A DNA stretch of 64,000 nucleotides from Candidatus Woesearchaeota archaeon (GTDB taxonomy: Archaea > Nanobdellota > Nanobdellia > Woesearchaeales > GW2011-AR15): NCBI GenBank assembly GCA_038874655.1, contig JAVZBY010000004.1, forward strand, positions 18,645 through 82,644. Reading direction: 5' to 3'. Positions 61,081 through 64,000 of this stretch are shown here, one piece after another. The translations under genes and the position numbers were made by a program. A model generated the notes under the pieces. It did not search any database, was not told the DNA's origin, and worked only from the letters and a program-made list of their open reading frames with translations. Within the stretch, counting starts at the first letter, position 1; every line of letters starts with the position of its first letter.

Positions 61081-61875
61081 TTAATTTTCTTCTACAGAAA
61101 CTTCTTCATTTTTATCAGATACTTTAATATCTTTATCCTGACTTTTTTTGTCAGAAACATTTTCTTGTGAAGTTGATAATACCTTAAAATCAACTAATTG
61201 AACTCTTTTTCTTCCTTTTTTAACAGCTGCTTCTGCAACCTTTTCACAATTTTCTAAAAATAATTTTGGACTATTATTAGACAATTTAAACAATTTTTTA
61301 ATTAATTCTTCATTGAATAAATCTGAGTTTTCTCCAATTCTTTTTTTCACAATTTCTATTGCATCAAATTCATCTAATTCTGGAATTTTTAAAACTCTTT
61401 TTCCAATTCTATCTCTTAAGCTTTCAGAAAATTTTGCTTTAGAATATTTCTCAGTTGTAAAAATTATTGACTTGATATTGTTTTGATCAAAATAATATTT
61501 TATTCTTTCTGTATTTTTTTTTGATAATTCTTGGACATTATCTAAAAGAAGTATCATCTCTTTTGGTTTCTTGTTTAATATTCTACCTAAAAAACCATAT
61601 TTGTCTTGTAAAACATGAGTAATATTAAGATTTTTATCCAAAATTTTACAATCAACATAAGCAACATTTTTATTCCCGCCAAACTTTTTTGCTGCTATCA
61701 TCATCAAAGTTGTTTTACAACTTCCTTGAGGACCTTCAATAACTAACATGCTTCCAGATTCTATTCTATAAAACATTTCATCAATAATTTCATCCATTCT
61801 AACTAATTTATCGTGATTTTTTTTTGGATTTGTTGTAAATGGATTTTCCCTAAATCCTAACTTTTCATACCACAT
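61081..61875 (-). CDS. AAA+ ATPase paralog with degenerate Walker motifs
   Basis: WYEKLGFRENPF; GPQGSCKT; LLLDNVQ; SLRDRIG; AAGGTGA SD before ATG 61875. Confidence 0.8.
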   Translation of the reverse strand: MWYEKLGFRENPFTTNPKKNHDKLVRMDEIIDEMFYRIESGSMLVIEGPQGSCKTTLMMIAAKKFGGNKNVAYVDCKILDKNLNITHVLQDKYGFLGRILNKKPKEMILLLDNVQELSKKNTERIKYYFDQNNIKSIIFTTEKYSKAKFSESLRDRIGKRVLKIPELDEFDAIEIVKKRIGENSDLFNEELIKKLFKLSNNSPKLFLENCEKVAEAAVKKGRKRVQLVDFKVLSTSQENVSDKKSQDKDIKVSDKNEEVSVEEN

Positions 61876-61912
61876 ATTACTCACCTTTAACATGCTCTTA
61901 TTTTTATAAAAC

Positions 61913-62116
61913 TTATTTTTTTGATTTTTCTCTATAAAATTTAGATATTTCTAAATGTAATTTTGCTTTTTCATAATCACCTTTTTCTGCAAACAATATA
62001 GATTTTTTATGATGATAAATTGCTTTTTTATGATTTGATTTCAAAAGAGAAAATAAAAGATACATAACTACAAAAAAAGAGACAATTGAAAAAAATAACA
62101 TAATAAGTATTAACAT
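61913..62116 (-). CDS. Small membrane-anchored protein (single TPR-like helix pair)
   Basis: N-terminal TM; AEKGDYEKAKLH; GGGAGGGG SD. Confidence 0.6.
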   Translation of the reverse strand: MLILIMLFFSIVSFFVVMYLLFSLLKSNHKKAIYHHKKSILFAEKGDYEKAKLHLEISKFYREKSKK

Positions 62117-62251
62117 AAAACCCCTCCCTTTGTATACACTTACAAATAGTAATAATATTTAAATATTTCTATATACTATAATTAACCAAATTATAGTTTT
62201 AATTAATAAATTTCAAATAATTTAGTCTGGCTGAATAATAGATCTTCAAAA

Positions 62252-62324
62252 TGGGCCCGCCCAGATTCGAACTGGGGAACTCTCCCGAGTCAGGGGAGCG
62301 TCATAGCCACTAGACCACGAGCCC
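62252..62324 (-). tRNA. tRNA-Val(GAC)
   Basis: GGGCTCG...CTCCC CTGACTC GGGAG...CCCAG TTCGAAT CTGGG CGGGCCC A. Confidence 0.93.
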
Positions 62325-62572
62325 TTGTAAATCATAAAAAATAAAGTAATTGGATTAAATATATTATTAAAAAGGTTTCTATTTTATTTTGTAAACCTTT
62401 TTATTTTACAATTTAAATTGAAAAATAAACTCGCTAAGTACACTAGACACACTAGACATTCTGTTGTGAAGTATTTAAAGAAAATTAACTATCAAATTTC
62501 TAAATAAGTGAAAAAAAATTGAATTGTATAAGTCGAAAAATAAAAAATAAAAAAATTAAAAAAGGTGAAAAA

Positions 62573-62689
62573 ATGGAAGACATTAAAAAAATTGAAGAAA
62601 TTTTTTTCAATCAAATAAAACAATTAACACTAAAAAATTTTGATATGTATCACAAAAAAAGATTATTGTTAAAACAAATTGAATTTTAA
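62573..62689 (+). CDS. 38-aa microprotein A (below the ORF-track cutoff)
   Basis: AAGGTGA SD; MEDIKKIEEIFFNQIKQLTLKNFDMYHKKRLLLKQIEF. Confidence 0.6.
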   Translation: MEDIKKIEEIFFNQIKQLTLKNFDMYHKKRLLLKQIEF

Positions 62690-62767
62690 TAAAAAATAAA
62701 CTGTTATTTAAGAGTATTTAAAATAAAATAATAAAAAAAATTAAAAAATTAAAAAAAGGGTGAAAAA

Positions 62768-62884
62768 ATGATAAGACAAAGAAACATTGTAAAAGAAATT
62801 GAAGAAGAACTCTTAAACGAGGTTTATAGCCAAATCTTTATAGAAAATTTTGAAAAAGAATTAAATGCTTATTTTGAAGAATAA
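62768..62884 (+). CDS. 38-aa microprotein B, similar to A
   Basis: GGGTGA SD; MIRQRNIVKEIEEELLNEVYSQIFIENFEKELNAYFEE. Confidence 0.6.
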   Translation: MIRQRNIVKEIEEELLNEVYSQIFIENFEKELNAYFEE

Positions 62885-62976
62885 TCTTAAAGAAAAAAAT
62901 TGAAAAAAATTTTTTTATTTTAAAAATTTTTATTTAAAAGAAAATTAGATTATTGTAAGTAAAAAATAAAAAAAAT

Positions 62977-63600
62977 TCATAAAATCTTATACAAAGCTTT
63001 TGTATTATAAGGATTATCTGAAACATTCTTAAAATCAATTAAAAACTCTGCATTTAAAACAAAATCTTGATAGAATTCGTTTAAATTATAATTAAAGCTA
63101 TTTGATTTTAGAGAATATAAAACCTCAAAATTTTCATTATTTCTATGTTTAAATTCTTGTGTTTCTTCATTGCTAACAGATCTACTAAAACTAGAAAAAA
63201 ATTCTTTTTCTATTACTTCTGTCAAATTTGAATTAACATTTGAAAAATCAAAAACAATATTATTTAAACCTAATGGATTGTTTGATAAATTTTTTGTTGA
63301 AATCCATTTATTAAACAAAATCAATAATTGGTCTAATGTCCATTTATCTAAAGTATTTAAAAAATTTTGATCCTTTATTCTCACAAATGAATCTAAAACA
63401 TCATTAAAACTAGAATCATCTGATTTACTTGGATCAAAATAGATTTTTTGCTGATTTTTTTTATCTAATGAACTCAAAAAATTTGCTATATCTTCTATAT
63501 TTTTCTTTAAAGAATCTACCTCTGCAAATTTCATAATTTCTCTATAACTTTTTGTATCTAAAAAAATTGAATTAATTAGTTCTAAAGTTATAGTATCCAT
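62977..63600 (-). CDS. Hypothetical protein
   Basis: 207-aa ATG ORF downstream of a TATA-like TTTATATA; no family recognised. Confidence 0.6.
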   Translation of the reverse strand: MDTITLELINSIFLDTKSYREIMKFAEVDSLKKNIEDIANFLSSLDKKNQQKIYFDPSKSDDSSFNDVLDSFVRIKDQNFLNTLDKWTLDQLLILFNKWISTKNLSNNPLGLNNIVFDFSNVNSNLTEVIEKEFFSSFSRSVSNEETQEFKHRNNENFEVLYSLKSNSFNYNLNEFYQDFVLNAEFLIDFKNVSDNPYNTKALYKIL

Positions 63601-64000
63601 AGAATATTATATGCCCTTTTGATATATAAACTTTAAGAAGTTTCATTAAAAGTTTTTTAAAATAAAAAAATAAAATTTACAATAGAAAAATAAAATATTT
63701 AATAATTAAAGATATAGTAAAATATTTTTTCAATATTGTAAATAAAAAAATAAAATTATAATAAAATATAATAATTTATAAAAATATATAATCAAAAAAA
63801 TATATAAAAAATTAATAAAAAATTAAAATATTTAATAAATTTTTATAAAAAATTTCAATATTGAAAAATAATAAAAATTAGAAAAAATTTGTGCAAAAAA
63901 AAAATTAAAAAAACAAAAAAAATAAGAATAATTATCAAAAAATTGAACTAATATTTATACAAAAATAAAATAAAAATCAAAAGATTCTTTTTCTTACAAA

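Noticed and set aside
33361-62324. The two near-identical tRNA-Val genes as attL/attR of a 29-kb element
   Set aside because: Both are full-length isoacceptors with different anticodons, and the DNA between them is core housekeeping genes.
575-63370. Many short (60-140 aa) ORFs antisense to or overlapping identified genes
   Set aside because: Shadow ORFs rich in S/F/L/I opposite well-supported genes, with no independent start signals.
63601-64000. Extremely AT-rich stretch as a replication origin
   Set aside because: No ORB-like G-string repeats or adjacent cdc6 visible, and the region is cut by the window edge.

Overview
Very AT-rich archaeal DNA, most likely a DPANN/Woesearchaeota-type genome. 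This is inferred from archaeal ribosomal proteins (eL15, eL21, eL24, eL33, eS6, eS27, eS28, L7Ae), aEF-1A, aEF-2, aIF2 alpha/gamma, Rpo4, Cbf5/Nop10, FtsZ/SepF, GGTGA/GGAGG Shine-Dalgarno sites and scattered bacterial-type genes. Most of the window is housekeeping, with three tRNAs (Val-TAC, Ala-CGC, Val-GAC). The most striking block is 23.1-33.3 kb, beside the 3' end of tRNA-Val(TAC). It holds a D-Ala-D-Ala-ligase-like ATP-grasp enzyme, two MurL-like PP-loop/CxxCxxC paralogs (MurL is an ATP-dependent peptide C-terminal L-to-D Glu epimerase), a C45 Ntn-hydrolase, an HExxH protein and a YhgE/Pip ABC exporter. These surround a 66-aa gene made almost entirely of (D/E)nY repeats. I read this as a candidate undescribed archaeal peptide-tailoring (RiPP-like or D-amino-acid) system. 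Other notable signals: a divergent RNase HII-like nuclease paired with an orphan gene that probably starts at ATA; two tRNAs with U37; a 29-bp duplicated tRNA 3' end; bacterial LspA plus a lipobox protein; tandem HIT proteins lacking the catalytic His; a RelA/SpoT-type HD hydrolase; structured ribosomal-protein leaders; and two paralogous 38-aa microproteins. All family calls come from motif recognition by eye; no database search was run.
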